This document shows positions 1 through 14,759 of a DNA stretch of 64,000 nt, piece after piece. Location of the stretch: NCBI GenBank assembly GCA_047495785.1, contig JBLDXI010000055.1, forward strand, positions 1,240,001 to 1,304,000. Direction: 5' to 3'. The DNA comes from Lepidodermella squamata. Lineage: Eukaryota; Animalia; Gastrotricha. The notes beneath the pieces are model-generated. The model was not told the origin of the DNA, made no database searches, and saw only the letters and a list, made by a program, of their open reading frames with translations. Position numbers and translations under genes: made by a program. Each line of letters opens with the position of its first letter. Within the stretch, counting starts at the first letter, position 1.

Positions 1-2
1 GA

Positions 3-1337
3 CATGATATTTTGTTCTTCTGGGTGGCGCGCATGGTTTTCTTTGGCCAGAAATTCATGGGCAAATTGCCGTTCCGCGACGTCTTTCTTCACCCTATTGT
101 TCGCGATCCTTTCGGTCGAAAGATGTCGAAGTCCTTGGGAAACGTCGTCGACCCTATGGACGTTGTGCACGGAATAACTCTTGAAGCTCTCAACGAACAG
201 CTCATGACGTCTAATTTGGATCCGGCTGAAGTTGAAAAGGCGAAAGACGGTCAAAAGCAGATGTATCCGAATGGCATTCCTGAATGCGGCGCTGACGCAT
301 TGCGCTTCACCCTGTTGGCCTACATCAACCAGGGTCAAGACTTGAACCTCGACGTGCTTCGTATCCAAGGCTATCGTTTCTTCTGCAATAAGTTATGGAA
401 CGCTTTCAAATTCACGATGAACGTGCTGGGCGCTGATTTCAAACCGAAAGAAGATTTCTTGAAAAATGTCGATCGTTCTAAGTTAAAGCCGATTGATTCT
501 TGGATCCTGAGCCGTCTTGCCACTGCTACCCGATTGGCAAATGAAGGTTTCGCTGCCTATGAATTTGCTACCGTGACAACGGCTATTTACAACTTCTGGT
601 GGTACGAACTCTGCGACGTGTATCTTGAGTCAATCAAGCCGGTTGTTTATGACAAAGAAAACACTGATCAAGCTGACATTGCTCGCCAGGTGTTGTATTC
701 CTGCGTTCATGCCGGTCTCCGTCTCCTACACCCGACTATGCCATTTATTAGCGAGGAGTTGTTTCAACGCTTGCCGAAGCTGGCGAACGATGCTAAGAGT
801 ATTTGCATTGCAGACTACCCCGAGACCGAATTCGCTCATTTCTTCGACGCGGACCTCGAAAAATCGGTGACAATCATGCAAGAAGTTGTTGCTCGCATTC
901 GCCAAATGCGTACTGATTATAACTTGGCTCGTTCGGCTAAACCCATCGTCTACGTCCGAAGCACTGACCCAGACTACTCGGCTCGTTTGACTAAAATGAT
1001 TCCCTACGTGCAAACCCTGGGTGGCTGTGGCGATGTTTTAGTGAATGGCTCTGAACCGACAGACGGCTGTGCCCTGGGTCCAATTTCTTCTACGTGCCAG
1101 GTGTTCATGATGTTGCGTGGCGTGATCGATGCCGAGAGAGAATTAGCTCGGTTGAACAAACGCTTGGGAGAACTTAAAATCGTCTGCAAAAAGCTGGACG
1201 AAGAAGCGCAATCGGAAAATTACCACAAGTTGCCTGAAAGTGTCCGAGAGTCTAAGGCGGAGAAGCTGCAACAGAGCAAGACTGAAATGGCTAATCTGGA
1301 AACGGCTGTTACCGGCGTGCAAGCCATGATGAATTAA
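3..1337 (+). CDS. VARS1: Valyl-tRNA synthetase, cytosolic type (C-terminal part; 5' end lies outside the window)
   Basis: Frame open from the window edge: HDILFFWVARM, class I KMSKS motif (GRKMSKSLGNVVDP), GIPECGADALRF, GYRFFCNKLWNA, YNFWWYELCDVYLE, LLHPTMPFISEELFQRL, C-terminal coiled coil; TAA at 1335-1337. Confidence 0.97.
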   Translation, partial: HDILFFWVARMVFFGQKFMGKLPFRDVFLHPIVRDPFGRKMSKSLGNVVDPMDVVHGITLEALNEQLMTSNLDPAEVEKAKDGQKQMYPNGIPECGADALRFTLLAYINQGQDLNLDVLRIQGYRFFCNKLWNAFKFTMNVLGADFKPKEDFLKNVDRSKLKPIDSWILSRLATATRLANEGFAAYEFATVTTAIYNFWWYELCDVYLESIKPVVYDKENTDQADIARQVLYSCVHAGLRLLHPTMPFISEELFQRLPKLANDAKSICIADYPETEFAHFFDADLEKSVTIMQEVVARIRQMRTDYNLARSAKPIVYVRSTDPDYSARLTKMIPYVQTLGGCGDVLVNGSEPTDGCALGPISSTCQVFMMLRGVIDAERELARLNKRLGELKIVCKKLDEEAQSENYHKLPESVRESKAEKLQQSKTEMANLETAVTGVQAMMN

Positions 1338-1540
1338 CTGAATATCAAATCTTATCAAATATTTTCCGCTGATAAGGCATGCTGAAGGTGTTTTGAGAAC
1401 GGTGATCAATAGAAACATAACATTATTATTACGTTGTGGATTTGGGATTGAAAGCAAAAAGCTTTAAAATGATTTTCCGTCTTTTAATCGTAGATTTGAT
1501 TAAATAAACGCATGAAAATTTGAGTTTTTGTGGTTTGAAT

Positions 1541-3561
1541 ATGGCAAAGCTCGAGCTCAAAGACACCGATGTTATTGAAAGCTCCATGGCTCAGCTGGTT
1601 GCTGTCGCTCGGGGCGAAACACCTCGGCTCGTAGACGACGCATGGCGCGCCGAAGTTAAGCAGGTCATCTCCAATAACTGGTCGAATCGTCCCTTGCAAA
1701 CGCAGCATCTTTTCCTCGAATGGATCGTTGACATCTCAACAACGCCGCATTTTCGAACGGTCATGGAGGGCCTCTTCGCCGCCTACTGTCGCTCTTTCGC
1801 CCTAACATCTGAGGAAGAGAAGACTTCGATGGCTGGACAAAGCGACTTCCTTTTCACGGCAATGCGCGAACTGTGTCGCCGAGTACTTGTTTCGATGCAA
1901 GCGCTGCCTAGCGTGGTCTTACAGAACCAGCCTATACTGCGTCGACATGCTCTGCAACACAGCGCCTACTGTCAAGCTACCTTAAATATGAGCGTTTTCG
2001 CGCGCGCGGTCAGTCGTCAACTCGTCAGTGCTGTTGTTACGCATCTTCTTGGCCTGGACGTCCGTTTGCCTCGGCAAGTTGTCATCCTCCACGTCAAGCA
2101 ACTGACAAAACAGCAGCCCGAAGTTGCCGATCTGATGGCGAAACTGGACCACTGCATGGACACGGTGTTTGAATTTATCGAAAAGCTGCCCGAGCTGAGC
2201 CTGGCCAGCCACTCCGACGATTCTATCGACTGTATTTGCGCGTTCTTTGTTGATGCTATGACCGCCTTCGATGCCGTTGTCTTTCGTTCCACAAGCGCTT
2301 CTCATGTTAACTTTATTCTTTTTTACGCATGTGCCCGCTATCCGCAACTCGCCGCTGTCTTGCTCGACCACTTGGTATGTTCACTTTTTCAGTCATTTTA
2401 TACCATTTTTCGTTTAATTAAAAAAATGACTTTGGAATATAAGGAGGATACTGTTGCTTTAGATGTTTCATTTATCGTAGCCGTTTTAGAGGCATTTTTG
2501 CTCCATTAAACTAGAGTTTCGGGCTGATTGCCGGGCAAACTACGCTGGGCTATTTACCGGTTGAATCCAGAATATGTGGTATACAGTATTATTTCTCTCG
2601 CATCTTGCTGTGTTTAATCATTGAACAGTGTTACGTTGCTAACTGTAGAGTTCGCGTACTTGTAGCTTCCATGGGGAAGCCTAAATTAGCGAAGCAGGGG
2701 GTCTTCGAATCATGAAAAGCTTCAGCTACTAGCTGCTCATGGTAAAACTTGAATTGAATGCCGACTTGATTCGAAATATTTGAAAGCATGTGTCTATTTT
2801 TGTTTTAGTGGGCTCGAATTCTAGCGGAAGACAAAGCTGACGAGTCGCGCCGATCGGCCCTCTTCTACTTCGCGTCATTCGTTGCTCGCGCAAAGTTCCT
2901 GACCATCGACCAGCTGCGAACTTCCGTCGAACATCTTGCTCAATTCGCCCATTCCGTTCGCGCCAAGCTGTCGCCCACCAGCGAGGCCGCGGCTGGTAAA
3001 CCCGACGTTTCGGCCGGCCAGGGTTCCTGGATCAACTTGTACGACGCCGCTGTTGAGTCAATCATCTACGTTGTTGCCTTCCACCACGCCACGCTGTGCT
3101 CAGGCTCGCTTGGCTTCCGTTTTGTCCGCTCACTCAAGCTCGGAGAGCTGATCAACTGCCCTAGCGATCCGCTGAGCCGTTGCCGCGAGTCAGTGGTTGG
3201 CATGTTCTACCAAGTTGCCGACCGTTACCAACTGTCGCTGGTCGATCGTGCTTCGCGCACTTCATGCCGAACCGAGTCTATGTGCTCGATGGCGTCGACG
3301 CCGGGTGACAATGACGCCACGGACAGCCCCATGCTACTCGCAGCTACCGATGTCGAGTCATCGCTGGTCGGCTTGGGTTTCTTCCCGTTCGACCCGTACA
3401 TGTTGCCGCACAGTTCTCAGCGTCTGCGACCATTTTACGCCGAGTTCGACGCTTCGACGTTACTGGACAACTCCGATTCGGAGGGCTCGGATGACATGGA
3501 CAGCGATGAAGATTCTGACGGTGATGATGATATCGATTTTGACGAGCGCGAAATGCTTTGA
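1541..3561 (+). CDS. RRN3: RNA polymerase I transcription initiation factor RRN3/TIF-IA; exons 1541-2374, 2809-3561
   Basis: Splicing GT(2375)..AG(2808) gives LDHL|WARIL...RRSALFYFASFVARAKFL; also HVNFILFYAC, YDAAVESIIYVVAFHH, FFPFDPYML and an acidic tail, all RRN3-like motifs. Confidence 0.85.
2517..2630 (+). ncRNA. Candidate intronic H/ACA-type structured RNA in the RRN3 intron
   Basis: Hairpin (gatt.ccgg 2526-2534 / ccgg..aatc 2557-2567), ANANNA box AGAATA 2569-2574, second hairpin (atacagta 2581-2588 / tgctgtgt 2606-2613), ACA at 2625-2627. Folded by eye only. Confidence 0.25.
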
Positions 3562-4614
3562 AAACATCTCGGGCGGTGCACATATATAAATATGTTATAA
3601 AACTGATAATTTTCATGTGTAAAATGTCTTGAACGTTGAGCGAAGTGAAGATGTATGATGTGGTGCTGAAAAAGACGGATGATGTTATTGAGTTTTATTC
3701 AAAAAGATGAAAATAAAGCATTTAACAGCAATAATCCTGATTTTTTCGATTTATCTCGGGGATATGAGACTTCGCAAAGACTGAGACAACATTCACGTTT
3801 GCCCGTTGTAAAGAATCTTAAAATGTATATTCATTCAAGGCATCTAATAAAATGTGTCCATCGAACACTTTGATGGCTAAGATCATGTGAAATTTCGAAA
3901 AGACTTGGTGACATAATAAATCAAATATTCTCAGAGTTCGAGTATCAGAGCGTATGAAGACATTTTTGCTGTTCTTTCAATGTTCTTTCCGTTGGGCTAA
4001 GGCCATAATAGCTTGGTACCGTCTGCGAACAACGGTGGCTCGAGTGAAGTAGGTTTCGAGAATGATCGGCAACAAAATGACCAATTAATTGTGCTCTTTC
4101 AAGTCAACGATTGCAAAGCCTATACAGGGGAGTAGTCGCGCCGAGAGTGGGTTGAACATTCATCGCCGTGAGAAAATCACGCTGGAAACTTTCTGCAGTA
4201 TTATTTTGACTGGATCGCAAAGTTCTCAACACTGTATATGTTTCCTGAAAATCATTTCACTATAACCTCTTTGTTCATTGAGGTCGCGTTGGCGAACGTT
4301 ACGACGAGTGTAAGCATTAAGAATTACCATCTCAGAGCGTTGGCTCTGATGTAAATTGAACTGGCGTCTACCTACGTCTTTTTTCAAATCCTACATTTCT
4401 CAGTTTAATACCTTGCCTGTGAAACTATTGTGACGATACGCGCGATAGCACATTAGTCACAAAAAGATTAACACTAAACGTGTCGTTGTTTGCTCTTGCA
4501 TATAAACTTCGTGCGTGTTTACACCAGTCAACACCTCACGAATAATTATTTTTTGATATTATCTTAATTGAAATCAATCTAATGCAGCATAATGATCTAG
4601 GAGACACGCTTAAA

Positions 4615-7600
4615 ATGAATTTATTTTTAACTCTACTTTTACACGCATCGGTGACTTTTGCGGCCGACTGTAAATTTAAACTATAAATAACTTGAACCAG
4701 TAATTGATTGCACTTATTTTTACGGACAGTTCAAGACCCATCAGCCGTCGCATTCGTCTGTCCGTTTGAGCTAAACAACTGCGGAATTACCATTCAAGCC
4801 GCGAATGGAACCACATATGCTTGGAAGGTCGGCTATGGATTTCAGGGCAATCCCTGGACCCTCACCGGTCCGATGGTGGACCACACTTTTTACACAACAA
4901 AAGGTAGAGCTGATGAAATTTCATGTTTGGAATTTACCCTTAATGCACCCTCAATTAAGGATTGTTCGCTTACACGGATTCGCGTGGCTCTCCAATGGGT
5001 AGCAAAACACGCATGACATCACCTATCATGTCCTGCATGGGTGATCAGTGTTGTGTGGAGTTCTACGTCCATATGTTTGGTCAAGGAATGGGAAGTTTGT
5101 CTGTTGGCATAACCCAGCCTATTTTCGGGGACACTACTTTGGCGACCATCGGAAGCGAATCCCTTGGAAGCCGATGGCGGCGCTACAGGGCGACAATTAG
5201 CCCGTTGGGTAGCACGTATCAATTTTTCTTGGAAGCCACTAGATCCTATGCTCCGTCAATTATTGCTGTCGATGATATCACCGTGTACCAAGAAAGCTGT
5301 CCCAATGAATATGAGGTCTACCAGCTTCCTTATTCGTGTAATTTCACGATTGATATGTGCGGAATGTACAGTACAACCAAAGATGGCAATGTTTGTGACT
5401 TGGCTAGCTCGAAATTATGAATTACCATTGCGTTCTTTTCTAGTTCTCCTGGTCTTTCCAGAACGGTACCACGCTGAGTTCCGCATCTGGCCCAACTTAT
5501 GACCCATTTGGAGGCAGTAAGTTTTTCGCTAGAATATATATTTTGACAATATCTAAGAGAAAATTCGAAGCATACTTTGTGTACGCGGAATCGGCCGCTC
5601 GAAGCCGAGAACGGTCCGTCCTTTGGACGCCGCCGTTCGACGTTACTGGCGTTACGTCAACTCAATGCATCGAAGTTAGCTTCTATGTTCACATGTATGG
5701 CAAAACTATGGGAACACTAAATGTTCGAATGGTAGCCGGCAACAATTCCACGCTACTATATTCTCGAACGGGCAATATTGGAAACCAATGGATAGGCGCT
5801 TACGCTAGAGCAGCCAGCTCGCTGATACCTGCTAACACTAAGGTGAAATTAACAATAATTGAGAATACCGATTATAATTCACCGAGTAATATAGACCGTA
5901 CAATTTTACTTCGAAGCGGCTACTATATCATCCCCAAGCAGCAACGTAGCGATTTCCGGCGTCAAAATCAAGGTCATTTCGTGCCAAAGTTCGCTTATTA
6001 TTTTCAGCTGATTTGATTTTACCCTTGATTGTAATCCTTAAGATACCACATGCACTACAACGACCAGGCTTAAAGATGCGATGATCAGTCAGTCTAACAA
6101 CATAACGTTTTCGTTGTTGCCTGGAAATAATGTTCAGGACTGTATAAATTCTTGCTTGACGTCAAGCGCTTGCCTCGCTGTAACGTACGACTGGAACGCA
6201 GTCAACAACTGCACCCATTTCCTCAACATTTCTGATGCCAGTATGATTGTTGACTTCTCGTAAGCGATATTCTTTAGCTGATTCTATTTTAGTTGTGAAC
6301 AATGTTCCGAGTGCCATGACGGTAATGAAGAGCTGTGTCGGGCAGTCGACGTGCTCTTCAGTTGTGAAAGGAGAGTATCAAACGGATGGCAGTTATTCTT
6401 TTGAATTCAAGCCAGTTGGAACCCCAGCCGTTACGCTTGTGGCTAACAGCGCTACGGCAACTGAGTTTCTCTGTAAACTGGCATGTTCAAGCCGCTATGA
6501 CTGTGTAGCCGTGTCATACTTCTGGCCTTATAACGGAATTTGTGAGGTTTATACAAATAGATCTGCCATCTTGTTGAGCGGAGCCGTTCAGTGGCAAAGC
6601 ACCGCTAAGCGCAGATCGGCATACCCAATCAACTGCCCGTCAACTGCTACGAATCAATGTGGCTTCCCGCCATTGCTTCCGTTTTTGAGCTACCCGTCTT
6701 TTACTAGTGTCGCTGTCAATTCGAATGCAACATATTACTGCAACGACACCGACAGCACCTTCGCCATCGGGACTGGCATCTCGACATGCATGGCCGACCA
6801 AACTTGGTCAAATCCAGGAAATTGTCAATACGGTGGCCTTTGCAATGTTGGCCTTTCGATGTATGGACTTGACAAAAGTCCAAACGGAGCTGGATCACTC
6901 GCTTATATTTTCCCGAAAGCTACGTTCCAGTGCAGTGGCGCGGTTAATAGGTGGCAGGTTTACGTACGTAACGTTGATATCCCAGTTTTCCTCGACATCT
7001 GGGAGCCACAAGGAACAGCAAATACTTACAAGCTAATTGGTTATCATAAGGTATAAAAACTGAGGTGGAATTTGACAAATGATGTTCCAGCTTTCTTTTA
7101 TTTAGTTCATTCCAAGCTTACCTGGTTTGCAGTACTTCAACCCTCCAACTCAGATTCGAGTTTATCCAGGCTATGTGATAGGATTTCACTATGAATCGAA
7201 TGGCATTCCGACAGATTCTTTGGTGATACCACATGCTGACGCGTTAAATCCTTTCCCGTGGTCCAAAGCCGACTTGATGGATACAAGTTCCGGATTTTTT
7301 ACTCATGTAAATTTCACTATCGGAAACACGATTTCGTTCCTGCCCCCTGAGAAAGGTTCCCGTGTTCCTGCTATCAGAGCTTTTGTCATCAGCCCGACGG
7401 CTTGTGCCATGCCCCCATCAACGCCGGGTGGTTCGGTTATCTCCAAAACTCAGGGCAACGCCGTCGGATCAGTCGCGTTGTTCCAATGCCGTAGCAATTA
7501 CATCATGACAGGTAGCTCAGCATCTACGTGCAAAGCTGACGGTACGTGGACGACCCCGCCAGCTTGCACCCATCCGGGGCAGACTTCAGGCTGTGGCATT

Positions 7601-10128
7601 CCGCCTAACATCACTTCAGGAATAGCAGTCTATTCTGCTACCAGTGTTGGGTCTCAGGTTACGTACACATGTAGCCAAGGCTTCAGCGGCGGTGTTGTAT
7701 CGGCAGCAACTTGTCAGCCCGATTTGACATGGGGCCCTGATATTCCAACTTGCGATGTTGCAGGTAATAGCACTAACAAACCATTAATCATGTAATAATT
7801 CCTTAACCTTGTAGAATCGTGCGCTGTTGGCCCGAACATACTGGACAGCAGCACTTTGAGCCCGGCTCCATCTCTATGGCTGGTTATCATCAATAAGCCA
7901 TTCACCTGCTCAGGTTTTTATTCCGAAGTGTACCTTCGATCATCGTAACTGAGTTTATCTTCAGGCCGCTTGAGGCGTTGGACATTTTGGAGCCAGCAAG
8001 GTGGTATTGTTGTTTACCTTGGCGTATTCCAGGCTGGCGGAGCAGATTCGGGAAAAGTTGGATTCCAGCTTGTCGATTTTGTTAACATTACAACTAAGGG
8101 AACAAACAGCTACGAAACCTACGACATTCCGGATAGCCGAGTTTTCACTGTTGATTCGGGTCAATTTATCGGAATTTTCTACCCTAATCCAAATGCCGAC
8201 GGTGCTCTCGGTGCCATTCCCGTAGCGAATATCGCAAATTTGGGGCCGTATACTACCGCAGACTTGGCTGACGTTTGGGCCTATCCGTTTGGTTTCAACG
8301 ATGTAGGCAGTAAAGCTGCTTTCCAGTTTTCAGCCGCAAGCTATTACCCGAGCTACAGAGTTTACCCTGTTCGAGCCAGTATTACTATTCCACCCAGTCA
8401 ATGTAGCGCTCCGGTTAGTTTATGGTATTAAAAATTGGCAAAGTTCTGTAATTTTGTATTCTTTATAGCCAAGCATTCCAAATGCAGTAGTATCTAATCG
8501 TAAGTTCTCCAACATTCGAATCAATATGATGAGGCCAATTTAAATTGTTTATATCAGCTTCTGGACTTGGCATCGGTTCAGTCGCAACATACACTTGCAC
8601 GAATGGTACAACTTTCGCTCGGTAATCGTTTGCCATTTTTTAAAGCTTCCCAACACAGGTTATCTGCTAATTGGCGAGCCGAGGTTGACATGCCAATCTT
8701 TGGGCTATTGGTCTCCCGCTCCTGCATACTGTGAAGCTCCTGGTAACGAAATTTCCACAAATCCTCGATGTTGATTAATCACTATTTATGCTGCATAGAT
8801 CTTTGCGCTGTCGGTGTATTCGGCCAGCAAGCCTCTGGTTTGTTGTTGTCAACCAACCTTCGCATTTTCCCGGACATCGCATTCCAATGCTCTGGAGAAG
8901 TGCGGCGTTGGAAATTCTTCGCACAAGTTGCAGATGTCAAGGTTTTTCTGTCTGTTTGGCGAGTCAACGCTTCTTCGCCAAACACATGGACGCTAATCGG
9001 GACAAATGAATATACCGCAAGCGCCGTCGGGGCAGTAACTTATGATGTACCGTTATCCCAACGTATTTTGATTCGGGCTGGCGATGGTAATTTAACCCTA
9101 TGATCTTGGCTCGTATCATATTTTTCAAATTTATTAGCCGTCGGTATTCATTACGATTCGCCGTACATGGGCAGCTCCAATGCCGTCATATCGTTGTTCC
9201 AATTTCCATCTTCCAAGGGCTTTGAGATCGCGATCGGCGACTCGGATATTGTAAACAAGCAGGTGACATTCTCATCAGGCCAGGTCACATCGAACTTCTA
9301 TGTGCCGAGCGTGTTCGCCTCAGTCGTCGCAACTCCTGGCTGCTCAGCTCCACCCAAGCCTCTCAACGGATTTTCCTATCAGCCCAACAGCACTGCTGTT
9401 TCTTACACTTGCGCTGTTGGCTACAAAATGGTTGGATCGTCGTCAGCGTCTTGCTCTGTCGCTGGAACCTGGCCAGCCCCACCAGTGTGCATTGGCCAAG
9501 GTGGTTGTGTGGCTGGCTTGGCTGCAATCAGCAACACGTCCGTCCCGTTCTCCACACTCAGCTCGATGCTGCACGTTTTCACAACTCTTACGTTCCCCTG
9601 TTCTGGGAAAGTCATGTAAGTTTAGAGGCTGATGATTCTCAAGCGTTAATTTAGTGCTCGATTCCTGTAGTGGATGGCTATATTTTTCTGCTACTATGGA
9701 TCACGTCGTGTACCTGAGCGCTTGGAGAAACAATGGTACCGGTAATTACCGACTTGTTGGCTACAACAAGGTGTGGTCCACCCAAGTTGGCTACAACTAC
9801 GCAACAATAAGCGCAGGTGATCAGTTTAACGTAACGGTTGGAGATATGATTGGAATTTTCTACCAAAGCTCTCAAATGCCGGCCGAGCTTTTAGTATGTT
9901 TTCGAAATAGATATCTGCGTCAATATCTAACTTGATGTGATCTAGGTTATTCCTTATGCTGAGACCTTCGAGTTCAGTCGAGGCTACGTCGCCAAATTGG
10001 AGAGCGGTCTCATGTCGCCTATGGGTCAGAAGCAGTTAGATGCGAACCCGACGGGAATCTTCAATTTGGGCGTCAACGTTCAGGTGCGGTGGCGAACTCC
10101 GCAAGTGCAAGCTATAATTCAGTCATAA
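4615..10128 (+). CDS. Secreted multidomain protein: signal peptide, 2 MAM, 2 PAN/Apple-like, ~5 Sushi/CCP and 4 copies of an unnamed beta-type domain; many short introns
   Basis: ATG 4615 MNLFLTLLLHASVTFAA signal peptide; MAM motifs (CVEFYVHMFGQGMGSLSV, IIAVDDITV; VSFYVHMYGKTMGTLNV); PAN-like CINSCLTSSACLAVTY and CKLACSSRYDCVAVSY; CCP motifs (CRSNYIMTGSSASTCKADGTWTTPPAC etc.); last exon ends QAIIQS-TAA at 10128. Confidence 0.85.
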
Positions 10129-10995
10129 GATAAAAAAACAATTAAAAAATATTATTGTATGAGCCATCGTAATGTTTGTACAGGCTGTAAATAGCTGCTA
10201 CTACACGGCGGAAATTTTTTCTTAATTACACCACTTAATACGCGTTCATTCCATCGATGAATGTTAAGAAGCTGATTCATACATTCCTCCTTATCTATTT
10301 GTGCTCCGTTTTCCTTTTCCAACTGAATAAAAGTCCAGCAGTCAAGAACGCTACCGTTTGATTTAATTGTCGATTTTATTCACTATATCAGAGGTCTTTC
10401 TTCAAAAGCAAAAATTCAGCTTTCATACAATTAACAAAACAGAGGAACTTATAAATATAATATATACATGATTTGTTTGCATAATAAGACTGTATACAAA
10501 AATACTAATCGAAACAAAACGTCAATGTTAACGCACCTTTAATCATTCATCTGATTATTTTAGGACAGCAACAATACATAGAAAAGCTGAAATTTCAGAT
10601 ATGTTGAAATCAGTCAACTAGAGGATTAAATTGAACAGTTATCTCGCTCCAGATCCTGCTCTGGGTAAAAATTACAGCAAGGCAATGATCCACACAAATT
10701 TTCAGCCGGAGTGTCGAATAGCGACGGAACGAATCGCAACAGTTGATTCGATTATTTTACTAGGCAAAGGGAAAATCATCACATAAGAGAAGCGAAATGC
10801 GAATTCAGCCATGTTTCAGCTGAAAATGAAGGTTATCAAGTAACAGTTGACTCTAAATTTTCCAGATAAGTCAATAACACAACATTTTCGTATTATGTGA
10901 AAACGAGAATCCATGTCAACGGTTACACAAGAATTGTTGTTCGCAATAGAGAACTTTTATCAACAAAATACGGAGACATAGCAGTCAACAATTAA

Positions 10996-11848
<853 letters not shown>

Positions 11849-14759
11849 ACTGAAGTAATATTTTGCTATAACAATGTGCAAAATTTCAGAAATAAACGAA
11901 TTAAAGCGCTGTCAATAAAGTTGTGTTTGATAAGTCGAGAAGCACTTATTATTAGTAAACAAGATGTTTGTGAGCAAAAATTTAATGAAATTAAATGGAA
12001 TATGAATCACAATATGGCGAAATTATAACATGCGAGATGCGGATAGAAAAATTCATTAAATCGGATTTTCTTAGTTTACGAATCTTGTATGATCAGATTC
12101 ATGGGTATGGGTATGTTACAGGTATGATCATGTCGCAGCGACGTTACAACCCTATAAAGGCGACCATCAAGCTTTCTATAGTATGCGCTCCAGGCTCTAG
12201 AGCTTGCACTAATAGTAATGAGTAATGAGGGATTTGAGGCATTTATACTTACGACTGCCTCATCTGACTTCTGGAAAGATTAAAGAGCTATCCACATTCC
12301 ACCACATTTCCTGATGCTACGAGGCGGAAATTAGATATATAGATAATGAAAAAAATTGAGCCAAAGATGAGGAAAATGTTGCAGATTGACGTGTATTCAA
12401 AGTCGGATTACAGATCACATATTTAGATAAGTCAGAAATGTCCAGGCATTGCGATGCCAATTCTTTCTGCAGTTTTAGGCCTGAGCATCGAGCACATCAA
12501 ATCTTGATAATGTCAACCAAAATCAAGCTAGACTGATAAATTTTCCTGACAAGGAAAAATTGTTGGAAGTCTGAGCTGCAAAATTAAGGTCCATAACAGC
12601 CGTTAGACGAAACTTGGCCCTAAAAATGTCAGCGCGATGAGCAGCAGCAAGAGCAGAGTAGAGCGAAAACGGTGCATCAAGCAGCTCACGCAAGCAGCCA
12701 AAAGCAGCTCAGGAACAAAAAAGAGCGCGGGCTAAAATTACTCTTGATTAAAATAGATTTATGGAAAATCAAATTTTCAGAAAGTTTGCTTAGTAAAACA
12801 AATTATTTGCATTCGTCGGTGATGATTTTCAGCTTTTATCTGAAATTTTGCCAAAATCTATTCTGCGTGACCTCTTGTGTGTGGTACGAAAGCTACCGTG
12901 TGTGTGCATTTATGTATTTTTGTCTGCGAATACCTATTGTCTACTGTCTACCTTACGACTTACCTGAGACCGTTCAGATTGTGAGCTTTACGAAATATTT
13001 CTCGGGAGCCGTTTTTCAAGAAGTTACAAGCTATGAGTAACTTTATAATATTTTTATCTGAAGTCACATCCTCCTATTCTTTATATGCTTTACATGAGTT
13101 ATAGTGAAATGCAATAAGTAAATTCATTTATTTTGCTTTCAAAGTCTTACATATATTATCATTATAGATTAGGTTAATTTGCATCTTCCATCTCGTTGCA
13201 AGTTGGTTTTTAAAATCAAGTGTATTGGAGAAGGCGATTTTAAATAGCAAAACATTGGGTATTGGGTCTATTTATACCAATAGATAACTTTTAGGTTGCC
13301 TGTTACAATCTAAATCCTCATTGAGATTTGGCGATTGAGTGGCATTCTTGGCGATATACAATAATTAGTTTACTTTATCATGCTAATACATCGAACATTC
13401 AACGGATTACATGGCAATTCATAAACGTTGCATAATAGCTTCATGGCTGTGAAAGTTCTAACGTGTTGTGCCAAGGAAGAGCATTTTCCGTATTTTATCT
13501 TTTAGGGTTTTGTATTTGAAACACGAATTTTATTTCTTCGCATGTAATTTATGGATTGGCGGTGATGTCATGTATTAATAGCGAGGCAAAAGCCCGAAAG
13601 TGGTCGTCAGTCTTGTCCATTGTATTCATGAAAATCTGTCATCATAAAGCAGTGATAAAACCATAAAGAGTAATATTATTTCCGCGATTGATACAGCGCG
13701 AAGTAATATAACCCGAGATCATAGGCACCCCTGTTATCTGCTCAAAGCCTTATGGTTGAGAAGCCTGAGTTACTTATAGCTTTCTTGTTAGAGGCGCCAT
13801 CTAGCCCACTTTGGAGGGCGAAGTCTTGCTCTTGAAGTACTGCGAATTACTTTGGCAGTAATTGTGCACCCCAGTATCGCCACTGAATTTATATTTCGGT
13901 AGCTGTGATAGCTTGAACCATTCGGTGTTCTCATTTAATGGATTTTATGAGGCAGGGAACAAATGAACTGGTTTGCTTCTCGTGTGCTTTGTCGTGCTGG
14001 CTCTCTTGTCGCGTTTTTCAATTATTGAATCTCGTCTGTGATTATAGAATATCTGCTGATCAGAACTCTGGTTTCATCGAAAACTGCTGATCATGGCTAC
14101 TTACTTCGGAATTTCAATCCCCATTTCTGCCTAGTGTGATTTATTATAGACGAAACTAAAATGAGCTGAATTTCCATTTTGGCTCAATTTGAAAACGTTT
14201 TATCGATCATTAATGTATTCATACTTTGAATCATGAAATGAATTATCCCGATACACCTACATCGGGTTATTCTCGAAGAGGCTAATCGTTAATATCTTAA
14301 GAGATCACCAAATGCCAACATTATGTTTGGATTTATGATTGATTAATCATAGTTAACACATTTTGCATTTTCAGTTTGATCTATAAATGAGATAGCTGTG
14401 GCTACAGTTGCCATCACTTGAACTGGATCGGCTTCTGTTACGCCGCGGTTTGTGGAACTTCTCTACTTCCAGTTCTACTTCCACCTTGATTATGCAAAGG
14501 ACCATTTAAGCATTCGACTCTTTGAGAAATCGTAGTTCAAACTCACTCGCCTAGCTTCTTTTGCCTTCAATTATTATTCGCTGTCATTGGTCTTGGCTAT
14601 TCTATTTTATTCGTTATTGTTAAATGTGGAAACTGGGTCCTTGGACTCATCAATCTTTTGACACCTCAGAAAATGGTGTAATGTTGGCGGTGATCCGTAT
14701 ATTCGTGCGCCCATATTGCGGTGATTGGAGCATCAATGAAGTCATGTTGTCTTTGGTTA

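Noticed and set aside
2660-2740. RNase P/MRP RNA in the RRN3 intron
   Set aside because: The conserved P4 motifs (CR-I/CR-V) could not be matched.
11953-11962. FoxO-binding-element-like GTAAACA between Rab39 and FoxO
   Set aside because: 7-mer occurs several times in the window at about chance frequency.
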